NCBI GenBank assembly: GCA_030390025.1
Contig: JASTWF010000342.1
Location: 434,001 to 498,000, forward strand
Reading direction: 5' to 3'
From: Squalus acanthias
Lineage: Eukaryota
Length of the DNA: 64,000 nucleotides
Under the pieces are notes generated by a model. The model did not search any database, was not told the origin of the DNA, and saw only the letters and a program-made list of their open reading frames with translations. Made by a program: the position numbers and the translations under genes. How positions within the stretch are numbered: the stretch's first letter is position 1; the number at the start of each line of letters is the position of its first letter. Shown one piece after another: positions 33,698 to 47,344 of this stretch.

Positions 33698-35242
33698 TGT
33701 ATGTCTAATGCTCTGCTGTATCTCCATTACATCTCTTCTGGACGCACCAACAAGAGTGAACTGATACTTCATTACTCCAGTTAACGTTGGTCAGAATTTA
33801 TCATCTGTCATTCTTGCACTCAGTTTTCTCATACAAAGTGCCTTCACGATATATCGAATGTGAAAACATATTTCACTCATTCCTCATCATTTTGGTGATA
33901 AAAGCTAATTTTCATATAAATGCTCAAGAGCCATCTTAATAATCTCCATGTGACCATTTCACCTCTAGTTTCAACCAGTTATTTTCCTATTTTCTGTCTC
34001 TAAGACCAAACTGATATGACATCAGTGGTTAACTGAGTTCCAGTCTCACAGCTTGTCTTAGGGAATCCTCTCTGAAGAAAAGGCTTACTGGCTGATCTTA
34101 TGACAGACCCCTTAGGGAATTTGTCTGCTTGGTCTTTGCAATTGAGGAACTGTACTTTTCAACCCACAGTCAGATTTTTTTTTTTGCCAAGGGCTCTATC
34201 CAGTTTTTAAAGAAGGCGACCTGAACCCTAATAAATAATTCATTTGCCAGAGAATATTATTTCAGTGGTGTTTGTGCACCTTGCCCAAATAATAAGCAAA
34301 TAAAAATGTCACGTTAATAGTGATGCTCAATATCTAAAATAGACAGGTATGGCTTTGATTAACAAAGGGAATAATTAAGCCTAATGCAGGCTGACAGAAG
34401 ATTGTAGTGTTATAGTACAGACATTTAAATCCTTTCTCTGCCAATTCATGGAGAAGATTTTCACACACACTTGCTGGCACTTCTCTTGTGACAGGGTGGC
34501 CTCATTGTTCTAATTTATCACAGAGCTGAGAGGGTACCAAACTTGGATTGTTAATTCAATTCCTGAGGAAAGTGATTACATTCCTGGATGAACAATGGTC
34601 TTTCCAGAATCTCAGCATAAATATTTTTCCTATACTTTAGAAAAGCAGACAGTAAAATCTACTCACAATAGATCCGTTTCTCATCTTTCTACGTGTTTTT
34701 CCTGATAGCCAAATTTCAAAGCTATTCCTGCTTTGACCAATATTTAGCTGAAAATTAACAAAATCACCACTTTGCAAACTTACCCATAATCTCAAGAGTT
34801 TGGATATTTAGTCCTGTGTGGCGATGGTAGGGCTGATTCTCTGATAAATAAATGGATAGCAAATCACAGGTTACCAAAGCACAATTTGCCAACCTACGCT
34901 CCTTGTGAGTGTCACTCCCCACCATCAGCACCCGTTTGAGAAGGTGAATTTTCAACTTACGCCCAAAATGGACAGGAAGTCAGAGGAGCCCGGCATCGGG
35001 AGATCCAAATCCTTTTCAGTTTCGGGTCTCATTTAAATATCCCAGCCAACTGTGGGCAGCAAAATGGAGCCCCGAGGCAGCTTGACGGTCGTGGGAGGTT
35101 AGGAAATCAGCTGGCCCATGGGTCAGAGCTGGGGGGGGCGGGGGCGGGGGAAGAGGGAACCAATGCCTAAGGGGGTTAAGCGCAGTCCAGCAGTGGCCTG
35201 CTGCATTTTTGTGGAGCCAGCTATAAGACTTTCTCCTACTAC

Positions 35243-35903
35243 TGTTCGGACCTTGAGAATTACAAATAAGCGTAACGATGACAGATAAGTTTGTTATAAA
35301 TAAAATGATCTTTATTCACATTAGTTTAAAAATTCAAGCGTACATAGAAGCACCCTCGGCAATGTATATGCCCATAGTTTAATAAGTCAAAATACCCCCC
35401 GGCAATGTATATGCCCACCGTTTAATAAGTCAAACGTACATAAATGTATCCCCAGCAATATATATATGCTCCACAGTTTACTCCAGCAATTTATATGCTC
35501 TATGTCTGACTTGCATACATACACTCCTAGAGTGATCAGTCCAGAAAAAAGTGGTAGGCTGCAAAAGTCAACTAGCCATTTCAAACAGCTCCCTTTGTCC
35601 TTCTGAGTTTTTGCTTCTGTCTCTTCCCTTTATAGTGCCCACCTGCACGTGTTCCTCATATTTCTTCAGCTGCCTCCCTCTGATAGGTCAGTTTCACTCC
35701 CAACCTTTCCTGATTGGTGCTCCTTCTGCATGATACGCCCCTGTCCCTGTGATGTGTGTGGTGGGGCGGGACTTCCTCTTCATTCAGTGCTTCCCCTTCC
35801 TGTCCATGTGGTCTTAAAAACAAAGGACCACATGCTGACCTCCTCCATTTTGAATCCGTCCGTTAACATCTCACAGTTTGTTCACAATTTTGATCTCCAT
35901 ACA
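35243..35903 (-). mobile_element. Probable solo LTR, inside a MITE-like remnant (~34940-36135)
   Basis: TGT...ACA ends with short inverted repeat; minus-strand order GC box (~35765), CCAAT (~35715), TATAAA (~35630), AATAAA (~35313); no direct TSD found. Confidence 0.6.
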
Positions 35904-36389
35904 GTAGCAGCAGTTTTATTATGTGTACAGCAGCTTACACAGCAGGTGCTCCTTCTAGTCCCACAAAAGTTATCCTGAAAAATATTTCTGGGCCATTTCC
36001 TGAGCAGCCTCCAGCAGTCCCTTTAAGGATCGATCACTGGTTAGGCCACTCACTGCCTGGTACAAATGAGCAGAGTGTGCATGGTGCATGTTCCATTCAT
36101 TTGTATCTGAAAATTGCAATCAGGGAAGCAGCCCTAAGGGTAGATTTTAGTTTTTACTGCCAGGCAGAAAGCTGGCAATGGGGGATTGGTCACCCATTGT
36201 GCACCCTGCCCAATTTTCTTTGACTTCAATGAAAAGGAAAATTGGGCAGGGTGTATAACAGGCGGCTGATCTGCTAGCACCAGTTTTCCAACCGGCTATG
36301 AAAGTTAAAATCTACTACCTGGTATCTAATCTGGTCTGTAATGTTTCCCTTGTCTTCATTCCATTATACCATCAAATGGCAGCTCACAT

Positions 36390-36862
36390 AAAAGAAAGCA
36401 AGAAAGAATTGCATTTATATAGCTAGCGCTTTTCACAATCTCAAGATGTCCAAAAGTGCTTTGCAGTCAATAAAGTACTTTTTGAAGTGTAGTCACTGTG
36501 TAATGTAGGAAACAGACAATTTGCGCACAGCAAGCTCCCACAAACAGCGATGTGATAATGACCAGAGAATCTGTTTTAGTGAATGTTAGTTAAGGGATAA
36601 ATATTGGCCAGGACACCTCGGAGAACTCCCCTGCTCTTCTTCGAAATAGTGCCACAGGATCTTTTACATCCACCTGAGAGGACAGATGGGACCTTGGTTT
36701 AACGTCTTATCTGAAAGATGGCACCTCCAACATTGCAGCACTCCCCCAGTACTGCACTGGAGTGTCAGCCTAGATTATATGATCAAGTCTATGGAGTGGG
36801 GCTTGAACCTGTGAGCTTCTGACTCAGAGACGAGTGTGCTACCCACTGAGCCACAGCTGACA
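36390..36862 (-). mobile_element. Deu-domain-like tRNA SINE
   Basis: Reverse-complement homolog of 24843-25285 with A/B boxes (TGGCTCAGTGG, GGTTCAAGCCC) and (TTTC)n tail. Confidence 0.8.
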
Positions 36863-39800
36863 ACATAAGTGATAGAAACCTAGAAAATACTGCTGGGGAT
36901 ATTAACAGATGACTGCTCAACATGTTCTTGTGACATTCTTTTGTCCAGTATTTTTATGGAAATGTTTAAAATCATATAAAATAATGAGTTTACCTCTCCA
37001 TTAAAATAGCAGGCGTTGGAGGATGTTAATGCATGAAATACTACTCCATCAGTATCACCAACAGCTAGTTCCAGGTTTTAATTATAAATACTTTTTGTTA
37101 CATCTATCAGGTTCTTCATTCCCATGCTGTAATTCCCAGTCTGCCTGCAGCCTGAAATTCCTGGTCTTGATTTCTCTGGTTTGCTCTGTGACTGCCTTTC
37201 TTTGCATCCCAGCTGCATTCAGCTCTCTACTGTGCCCAGGTGGCCTTCAGTAAACTCTTATCTAATTCCAAGCTAACACTCATGAAATAATATCAGTGTG
37301 AATTCTTTAGCTCTATCATTATGAGATTATTTTTTCAACAAAGTAAAATGTTTGAAACAATGAAATGTTTAAGGTGTTTTTTAAATAATATTTCATTTTG
37401 AATATACATTTTATATTAGATCAGTACATTTAGACAAAAGTATTTAAAAAATCAAAAGGATAAGCTCTAGGTGTCAGTGATGTTTCCAACCCTTTAATGA
37501 CATACAGAGACAGCAGCAATTTGTACACCAAATCAGTCATCTGTTCCAAGTGGATAGTATTAGTCAGAAACAAATTGCTACAAAGGCACCAATCAAGCTT
37601 ATTATGTGGGGCGAGGGAGGAGCATGTACTAATAAAACAGGTTGCATTGCATTTCCGATCACTTAAGAAGCTCAAAGCTGTTGTTAATGAGCCAAATCTT
37701 TCACTGAACCCAGCAAGAGACTATCAGCAATTCAATGTGTCCTTTTGCAAAATCCATCATCTTCAGAGGAGGAATTGGGCACTCGGGTAAATTTGATAGC
37801 CGGCTAAGGGAACCCCTCAGTTTTGATTAGGAATTATTGGCTATTTGATCTAGGAGGGATTTTTGATTTAAATGACAGCATGTCTCTGGTATGAACACAA
37901 ATTTGGGACTTTTTGAGTTAATTCACAGATATATGCTTAGAGTTTCTGCGGGTCCTCTTCCGATTTTCCACCACAACTTCAGTGGAAGATCAATGATAAC
38001 CTCGGAGAAATGACCTAAATAACCATTTATGCCTCGTCTCCACCGATCGGAGAACTCTTGCAGACATTTTACCTAATAACGTCTTTTTAACATTGGGTAA
38101 TGTTGGAGCCACTGGGGCAAGGAGGGGATTGGTCTGTTTCTGAGCTCACCTGAGAGCTATTGAGCAGCCAGAGGAACTGTTATTCTTTACAAGCTGGAAA
38201 AGTGGGGAGAGGGATTATTAAACTATTCCCACCATCCAGTCTCATTGTGCTGGGATAACAATATTCTTCTGAAAGCAATATGAGCTTGTCAACAAACAGC
38301 CCACAGCGGAAGGCTGTGGGGTGAAGGCAGTAGCAGGTTTAATTGGTGACTCTACTGAACAACCCTCGGTCAAGGAAAGTGACAAAACCTCCTGTCCCAG
38401 GTGGTCTCAGAAGAACAAAGAGACACATGAACAAGTTCAGATCCAAAAAAGGCTTTGAGAGGCTGGTTAGGGCTAAGCCATGAATTAAGATATAGCCAAA
38501 AGATATAGCCAAGCCTGAAATCAATGGAAAAGAAAATCGGGCGGGGTGTAAAACTGGCTGCCAATTCACTATTGCCCATTTTGCACTACCGCCCAAGACC
38601 AATTTCACTATTAATCTACTAAGGTCAAACTTTGAGCTTTACTGCCTGGACCTGCAAAATTGTTGCATCCTGTTTGAGCTAAGTTTCAAACCCTGTATCT
38701 TACTCATCAACAAAGCTACTTACTTCCTCCATCATGATATCAGCCTCCTCCATCCCTACATCACCTTCATTGTGGCCAAAACCTTTATCCAGGCTTTCCC
38801 CACTTCTACACTCAATGGAATGAAAATTGGGCGGGATTGACAATGGACGGGTGATCCACTGCCATGGATTACTGTCCAGGCAATAAAGATAAACAATTTA
38901 CCTCATTGTGTTCTTTAAATGACTTTTAAACAGAGCTACCATGTATAACTTGTGCTGTTCCCCCATGACTTTTGTGCACTGCTGTTCATTCTGTGTCTAT
39001 GTACCTGTGAAGATACCCTCTGTGTATCTTTCAAACATTTGAACAGCTTTATTATTGTAATATTAGTGTTTTTTTCAGTATCACAGTATGTGTGCTGAAA
39101 ATGTAAAGGGAGCCTGGAATTTCCCTGATGGAGTTCCAAGGAAAGAACACACATGCATCGGAACATAGGAATCGTAGACAAAAAAAACCAAGCTCCATCG
39201 AGTTTGCCCTTTACCACCCTGGTACTCGCATGATACAGCAATAATGGAGTTATTGACTAATAACAATCAATCTCTATCAATTAGTCTTAAACAGACCCAA
39301 ACATGAGGCGAGGAAAACCCCCAGGGATGAACAGCTTTGGGAATCATAGGTCCAAAGTCACCTGTTTCTTCTAAGCCTGCTACATTTACCCTATCCCAAA
39401 TTATTTATATACTGTAGCCCAGCGTTCCAATCCATTTTCCAGTCCCACCCCTTGGTATAACTGCTACTTATACCCTCTCCAGCCTCAGGTATTTTGGGCA
39501 ATTATCTTCATCCACAAATCCCACCATAGACTCACTCCTACTTGGACAGCCTTCTCCAACCTTATGTGTCATCTTCCTCTAGCTTTCTGTGGACCCCCCT
39601 GCCCTTCTCCACAATGGGTGGCAGGGCATTTTGCTACCTCTGAAAAACCATCTCCTTGACCAAGCCTTTGTTTACCTCTCTTAACTCTCTCACAAAGGCT
39701 TGTCATCTATTCCTGAAGCACCTTGGGACCTTTTCCGAGTTAAAGGCAGTATGTAAATACAAGTTTTTGTTGGTGCCCAGTCGAACAACTGACTGCCAAG

Positions 39801-40892
39801 TATGATTGTGCACCCGAGCCAACGTATTCAAATATCCTTCGTATCACCAGAAAACCATCAAGGCCAAAAGTCTATCCTTGGATAACCTCAATGACCCTCT
39901 TTGAATGAAAATACAATTGTTGTTTTGCTAGTTGCAATGCTATACATGAACAAAGCAGTTCCTTCACTTGCGCCACAATGCTCTGTTTCCTCCAGTTAAA
40001 GAAAATAGGAATTTAAATCGCGTGCAGTCGAATACAAGGTCAATCAATGGTGCAGCATGAATAGCAAAATAGGTCTTTCAATATTTCCTGAATATCAGGC
40101 TGGAGATTACCTAGCTTTTCAAAAATGTCTGCAAAGTCAGAGATAAAGTGAAGGAATGCTGTTTAATATTACAGTCTGTTGTATAATGTCGCTGAAGACA
40201 TAATCTTTTTTTCCTGAGGCAGCTGGATTTGGATATGTATGGAAACTGCTGATGATGCTCTGTGCTGACCCACTTCCTGGATCCCAGTAGATTGCACCAA
40301 CCTATACAGAATGTTCTTCCACCTATAAATGCCATGGAGCTGCAAAGTTTGGATTCTAAACTAGGTGGACAAAACTTTATTGGATTGCAGTTGCTCTGCT
40401 AACCACCAGGCTTTCTTGTGGATAATCAGGAACAATCTCGTTTGCACACACGGTATTTTTGAAAATTTTTCTTTTCTCACAGTATGACTGTGCTGAATGA
40501 GCTCTCCAGTTTTGTGTTACCCAGCAGCTATTATACTGCCAAAGTAGCATACAGCTTATTAGCTTATGTATAGTTGGGGGAAAAAAGATCAGCAGAGCTT
40601 TGAATTAGGAAGTCAGCTATTGGCACTGTTCCCCGCTTGCTCTGCTTAGTTAAGCTGATCCAACCACGAGTGCTGTCACATCAATGCTGTTTCTGCATTT
40701 GCCTCATTACTCCAAATGCAGAATTTATGGTCCTCATATATTTGTTTGAAATTAAATAGTTTCTGATGCAAAGCTAAATCTGAATGAGATTTTATACTGT
40801 TTTATTCTGTTTAGAACAGAAAGTAAAATTGCTGGTTTTCAGAAATTTATAATGACAAAATTTGAAGATAAAATGAATATTTTTAAAATAGC

Positions 40893-42950
40893 AGCCTAGA
40901 CATTGGATTAGGCCCGAGAACAGGCAGTGTCAAGGGCCAGCGCTGTTTGCCTGCGCCCATTGAAAGTGGTCCAGGCAGCATGCAAAATTCATGCTGCCTG
41001 CTCATTATAATGATTGCATGCTGCTAATTGGCCTAGCGCTAAATGAGGGGGTCAATACCGGGCGCAGTCTAATGGCCAATAATGTTTGACCATGGCTCTC
41101 TGCACTACCTAAAGGAAAGGTGCTTTGATGCAGCAGCACCTCATTGTCATTGCAGATTGAAGCCACGGCACAGCAACAGCAACCCAGAAGGTTTTCGGAT
41201 GCTGCACTCGAGGCCTTGTTCATGGCAGTGGAGAGAAGGCGGCGTGTCCTGTTCCCGCAGGGTGGCAGGAAGCCATCAAAGGCTACCAGTAGAAGGCTCT
41301 GGCAGGAGATAGCTGCATACTTCACGGCCAACAGTGTCATGCCGAAAGAAGTTTAATGACCTCACATGGCAGGTCAAAGTGAGCGAAGGCTTCAGCAAAT
41401 GTCATATTCTACCATCTGCAGCACAGGCCTCACACACTGCTCAATGTACCACACCCCCATCACTCACCTACCAACAATCTCTACCTATCACCACTCATAC
41501 CTCACAATAATAGCTTCACTTCGCCCTCACAACCTTACCACTACTGCAACACCTCACACCTTGCACACACTGACAGCTATTCAACTATGGCCGGCACATC
41601 ACACTACACTCACTGAGTGACACACTTCCCTTTCTCTTCCAGGTGCAGGTGGCTCACAACCGCCAGGCACAATGGCAGACGACCAAGCTTCTGTACAGAC
41701 CTTGAGCCAACTGGAGGAGATGGTGCTCGACATCATTGGAGGTGAAGTCACTAAGGTCGTGGCAACGGGCGAAGTTGAAGCCCTTGCTGACAATGAACTT
41801 ATGGTCATTCCTAATCCTTCTTCTCACATCCCTCTTTCCCCTCATCCCACAATCGCTTCTCACTTACAAGCGCTGATGCTTTTTTTTTTATTCGTTCACG
41901 GGATGTGGGTGTCACTGGCAAGGCCAGCATTTATTGCCCATCCCTAATTACCTTTGAGTGGCTTGCTAGGCCATTCAGAGGGCTGTTAAGAGTCAACCAC
42001 ATTGCTGTGGGTCTGGAGTCACATATAGGCCAGACCAGGTAAGGATGACAGATTTTCTTCCCTAAAGGACATTGGTGAACCAGATGGGTTTTTACAACAA
42101 TCCGGTAGTTGCATGGTCACCATTATGATACTAGCCTTTATTCCAGATTTATTTAATTAACTTTCCCCAGCTGCCATGGTGGGATTTGAACTCTTGCTTC
42201 TGGATTATTAGTCTAGTAACATTACCACTATGCTACCACTGCCATCATGGCTAGGTTTACCAGTGTCGAAAGGGGCTTGCAGGCAATGTTCCCACTAATT
42301 GTTTTTTGGGTTGTGCGACCCATTAACATTGAAAAGACGGCCCTGGTCTGCGTGGCCACGCAGCCGTGCTGCTTAGAGGGAACGTTCTAGGGCCAGAGCT
42401 GCTCAAGGTCATCCTGCAAGGCCATCTGGAGGTAAGTACAGCCCCCATGACTGTGAGCAAGTGTTATGAGCAGAAGCCTTTAAATGAGAATGAAGGGTTC
42501 TCCACTTGCACCAACACTCCCTGTCACCTCAGAAACTTGCAACAAGTTTAGAAAGCTGCTGGAGTTGCAGAAAGTTTTACAGAGCCAGTCAAACTGAACA
42601 AACATGTCAGGTGCAAGTTGTTGATGATGTTCCCTTTAAATGGCACTGCTGGAGGCTCCTTCCTGCTAGTGAACACTTGGTCAGCTGATCGAGATTAACA
42701 CAGACTGGTAGGTGGCACGGCGAACGCGAAAATGGCAGATTGGGCGTCAAGTGAGCATTGCACACTCACTGACGTCATAATCTGCCTAATCTAAATATCT
42801 CCAGCGAGTGTGGGCATCGGCAGTGTTGCCAACCTGCCAAGAATGGCAGCCGCCGCAGGACCCGTCAGAAGCGGGCAGAAGTGAAGCAGCTGCCATTTTT
42901 TTCACCAAAACGGTCCTTAACGGCCAGCGCTAAACTATCCAATTTCTATA
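40893..42950 (+). mobile_element. Second Harbinger family, deletion derivative with Myb-like exons only
   Basis: Ends AGCCTAGACATTGGAT / ..TAGAAATTGGATA; 41190-41380 RFSDAALEALFMAVERRRRVLFP..LWQEIA..KFNDL; exon-2-like VAHNRQA..LSQLEEMVLDIIG at ~41643. Confidence 0.75.
41880..42240 (-). mobile_element. tRNA-derived SINE (second family) with a tail shared with the LINE at 60855-61460
   Basis: Minus-strand head TAGCATAGTGG..GTTCAAATCCC; tail GGATGGGCAATAAATGCTGGCC..GAACGAATAAAAAA. Confidence 0.8.
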
Positions 42951-43096
42951 ATCCTATTCAATCATAGCCCTTGAATATATGCAGTTAGAATTTTTTCTGA
43001 AAAATGTATGTTTATTCAATTGTCAAAGATTCTGTCAGCCTTTTGCCATTTTGTCATCTCTAAATTATATTGTAACCCCATTTTTCAAAATTTATT

Positions 43097-43640
43097 GGGG
43101 TAGAAATTGGTATGCGTTATGCTCATTTTCGTATGTAAAATGGACACAAAGCATACCAATTTAGCAGTGGGACAGCCAGTGCCCAATCTGCACTGGCGTT
43201 GGTTCCACTGTCGAATTCGTGATGCCCATTCATAGGCATCTTGGTGGATGCCTAAAGCAGCAGTTAGGCCGCTTAAACATGTTAATTCGGAGCCTAATGC
43301 CTGTTGAAGGACCCCTCTACAAAATTAGTCACCGATGAGTGGGGCAGGCGTTGAGCCTGTTGCGCTCAGGATTTTTTAGAACCAGGAGTAATTTCCCACC
43401 TCCACAGTCCTAGAATCGCACCTCCTGTTGTCCGCTCGAACCTCTTCCCGGAACTTACCTTACCACCTCCACGAGTCAGCCAGCCCGAAATTCAATCCAG
43501 GAGAAGGGCAAGCTGCATGTGGAGGTGCAACAGGTGCCGGCAGCTTGTCCGGAATATTTAGAAAAGACCTGAGGCCCAATTTCGGGACAATCTCGGGCCT
43601 CTCTGTTCGGGCGCATGCTTCGCAGATTCATTTTTACCTC
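43097..43640. mobile_element. Harbinger-type MITE
   Basis: Ends GGGGTAGAAATT / GAGGTAAAAATG; TSD ATT; subterminal inverted AAATTGGTATGC/GCATACCAATTT. Confidence 0.75.
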
Positions 43641-44080
43641 ATTTTCTCCCCCGTTTTACATCTGGATATGTTTGAAAGCGTTCTCCAGCTGCAACATTGG
43701 CCAATTGACCTTGTCCCATGTTTCTCCCAAGGTTACCTTGTATCCTTCTTTTCTGATTTGCATTCCTTCCTTTTCACCTCCTTTTTACATCTTAGCCAAG
43801 ATCAGGCACTTGCTGCATAACGAATTGTAGATGTGAATCTGGATGTTACCATTCCATGATTCAGTTCATTAGTACACATATTCGCTGTGACTTTTTTTTT
43901 ATATTAAGTATCTTTTGGAGTGGAATAGATATGCAGATAAATCACTGATAGAATTGCCTTCTGTTTTCATTAGGTGTAGTCTCTGATTTTACGTCATTAA
44001 TAGAATCTCGTGCATGAAGGTTGAAGCATCATTTCTGGCAGGTGAACAGTTTATTTTCTACTTTTAGAAACTCGTTGGAA

Positions 44081-47041
44081 TAAGAACATAAGAACATAAG
44101 AAATAGGAGCAGGAGTAGGCCAATCGGCCCCTCGAGCCTGCTCCGCCATTCAATAAGATCATGGCTGATCTGATCCTAACCGCCAATCTACTATCTATCA
44201 CAGAACCATCTCCTGCATCTAACAGAATTGCACACACGAAATAGGAGCAGAATCAGGCTACACAGTCCCTGGGCCCGCTCCACTACCCACAGGGCCATGA
44301 CCGATCCGAACCTAGACTCATGTCCAAATTCCTGCCCGCTCCCCGTAACCCTTAATGCCCTTTACTTCTAGGAAACTGTCTATTTCTGTTTTAAATGTAA
44401 TTAATGTTGTAGCTTCTACAGCTTTTTGTGGCAGCATATTCCATGGACCTACCACCCTCTGAGTGAAGTAGTTCCTCCTCATCTCAGTTTTGAAAGAGCA
44501 GCCCCTTATTCTAAGACTATGTCCCCTAGTTCTCGTCTCACCCGTCATCGGGAACATCCTCCCCGCATCCACCCGATCCAACCCCTTCACAATCTTATAT
44601 GTTTCAATAAGATCGCCTCTCATTCTTCTGAACTCCAATGAGTAGAGTCCCAATCTACCCAACCTCTCCTCATATGACCACCCCCTCATCCCCGGGATTA
44701 ACCGAGTGAACCTTTTTTGCACTGCCTCGAGAGCAAGGATGTCTTTCCTTAAGTAAGGACACCAAAACTGTATGCAGTATTCCAGGTGCGGTCTCACCAA
44801 TACCTTGTACAACTGAAGCAATACCTCCCTATTTTTATATTCTATCCCCCTAGCAATGAAAGCCAACATTCCATTTGCCTTCTTAATCACTTGCTGCACC
44901 TGCATACTAACCTTTTGAGTTTCGTGCACCAGTACCCCCAGATCCCTTTGCACTTCAGTACTCTCCAGTTTCTTGCCATTAAGATAATAAATTGCTCTAG
45001 GATTTTTCCTGCCAAAGTGCATCACCTCACACTTTCCAGTGTTGTATTCCATCTGCCAAATCTCTGCCCACTTACTTAGCCTGTCTATGTCCCCTTGCAG
45101 GTTTTTTATGTCCTCCTCACTCACTACTTTCCCTCCCATCTTTGTATCATCTGCAAATTTTGATATGTTACACTTGGTCCCTTCCTCCAAATCGTTAATA
45201 TAGATTGTGAAGAGTTGGGGACCCAGCACTGACCCCTGTGGAACACCACTAGTTACTGATTGCCAGTCTGAGAATGAACCATTTATCCCAACTCTTTGCT
45301 TTCTGTTAGATAGCCAATCCTCTATCCATGCCAGAATATTACCCCCAATCCCGTGATTTTTTACCTTAAGCAATAATCTTTTGTGTGGCACCTTGTCAAA
45401 TGCCTTTTGGAAGTCTAAATACACTACGTCCACTGGTTCCCCTTTATCCACTCTATATGTTACTTCCTCAAAGAACTCCAGCAAATTTGTCAAACATGAC
45501 TTCCCCTTCGTAAAACCATGCTGACTTTGTCCTATTAAATTATGATTATCCAAATGTCCTGTTACTGTTTCCTTAATAATGGACTCCAAAATTTTACCTA
45601 CCACAGATGTTAGGCTAACCGGTCTATAGTTACCAGCCTTCTGTCTACTGCCCTTTTTAAATAAGGGTGTTACATTAGCAGTTTTCCAGTCTGCCGGGAC
45701 CTTAGCGGAATCCAGGGAGTTTTGAAAAATTATTACCAATGCATCTACAATCCCTACCGCCACTTCCTTCAAGACTCTAGGATGTAAGCCATCAGGTCCA
45801 GGTGATTTATCCGCCTTGAGTCCCATTATTTTACCGAGTACCACTTCCTTAGTGATTTTGATCGTGTTTAGCTCCTCTCCCCCTATAGCCCCCTGTTTGT
45901 CCAGTGTTGGGATATTCTTAGTGTCCTCTACTGTAAAGACTGATACAAAATATTCATTCAGTGTTTTTGCCATCTCCATATTTCCCACCATTAATTTCCC
46001 GGTCTCATCCTCTAAGGGACCAACATTTACTTTAGCCACCCTTTTTCTTTTTATATAACTATAAAAACTCTTACTATCTGTTTTTATATTTTTTGCTAAT
46101 TTACTTTCATAATCTATCTTCCCTTTCTTAATCAATCTTTTTGTTATTTTTTGCTGCCTTTTAAAGTTTTCCCAATCCTCTGTCCTCCCACTAGATTTCG
46201 CTACCTTATATGCCCTTGTTTTTAGTCGAATACTATCCTTAATTTCTTTACTTAGCCACGGATGACTGTCCTTTCTTTTACACCCTTTTCTTTTCAGTGG
46301 AATATATATTTTTTGGAAGTTGTAAAATAACTCCTTGAATGTACACCACTGATCATGTGTCGTCTTACCCTTTAATCTATTTTCCCAATCCACTCTACTC
46401 AATTCCGCTCACATACCTTCATAGTCTCCTTTATTCAAGCTTAGCACGCTTGTTTGAGATCCAACCTTCTCACCCTCTAATTGAATATGGAATTCAACCA
46501 TGTTATGGTCACTCATTCCAAGGGGATCCTTTACTAGGACATTTTTAATTAATCCTGTCTCGTTACACAGGACCAGATCTAAGGTTGCTTGCCCCCTGGT
46601 CGGTTCAGTTACATACTGCTCAAGAAACCCATCCCTAATACACTCAATGAACTCATCCTCAAGGCAGCCCTGCCCCATTTGATTTGTCCAATTAATATGA
46701 TAGTTAAAATCCCCCATAATTATAGATGTTCCCTTATTACATGCCTCAACTATTTCCTGATTGATACTCCGTCCAATAGAGTTGCAACTGTTCGGAGGCC
46801 TATAGACTACGCCCACTAATGTTTTTTTCCCCTTATTATTCCTTATCTCCACCCAAACTGTTTCATTATCATGATTTTTTGACCCAATATCATTACTCTG
46901 TATTACAGTGATTCCTTCCTTTATTAACATAGCCACCCCACCTCCCCTTCCTTCCTGCCTGTCCTTCCTGATCGTTAAATAACCTGGTATGTTTAATTCC
47001 CAGGCATTGTCACCCTGCAGCCATGTTTCTGTAATGGCCAC
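44081..47041 (-). mobile_element. Young CR1 LINE, 5'-truncated within the endonuclease
   Basis: Near-complete ORF2, doubled 3'UTR and (TTCTTATG)n tail. Confidence 0.97.
44318..47041 (-). pseudogene. CR1 ORF2 (AP endonuclease plus reverse transcriptase), ~907 codons with a single in-frame TGA at 46409
   Basis: [61 protein letters not shown]. Confidence 0.95.
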
Positions 47042-47344
47042 ACAAGATGTACAGGAACAAAAGCAAGGAGAACACAGGACTGAGGAAGGATTGACAATAG
47101 GAATGGGCTCTAAAGTCATTTTCAAATACAAATAATTTAATCCGTCTGAATTTCATCTCCATCCCTTTGGACCAATTTAAATGTAGTCAACACAAATAGC
47201 CCAGAGAGGGATGCATAATTTTGAGCTTTTTTATTTTTAAGGAGAGATAAAGCAAAAATTATTATTGGCATGTGATTGTACAAATGCATAATGCGCTCAT
47301 ATCAAGCTCCTCTTCTGCTATTTCCACCAAGACATTTTTTTAAA

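Noticed and set aside
40111..40335. Host coding exon on the minus strand
   Set aside because: All three frames between the plausible splice sites hit a stop, and no translation is recognisable.
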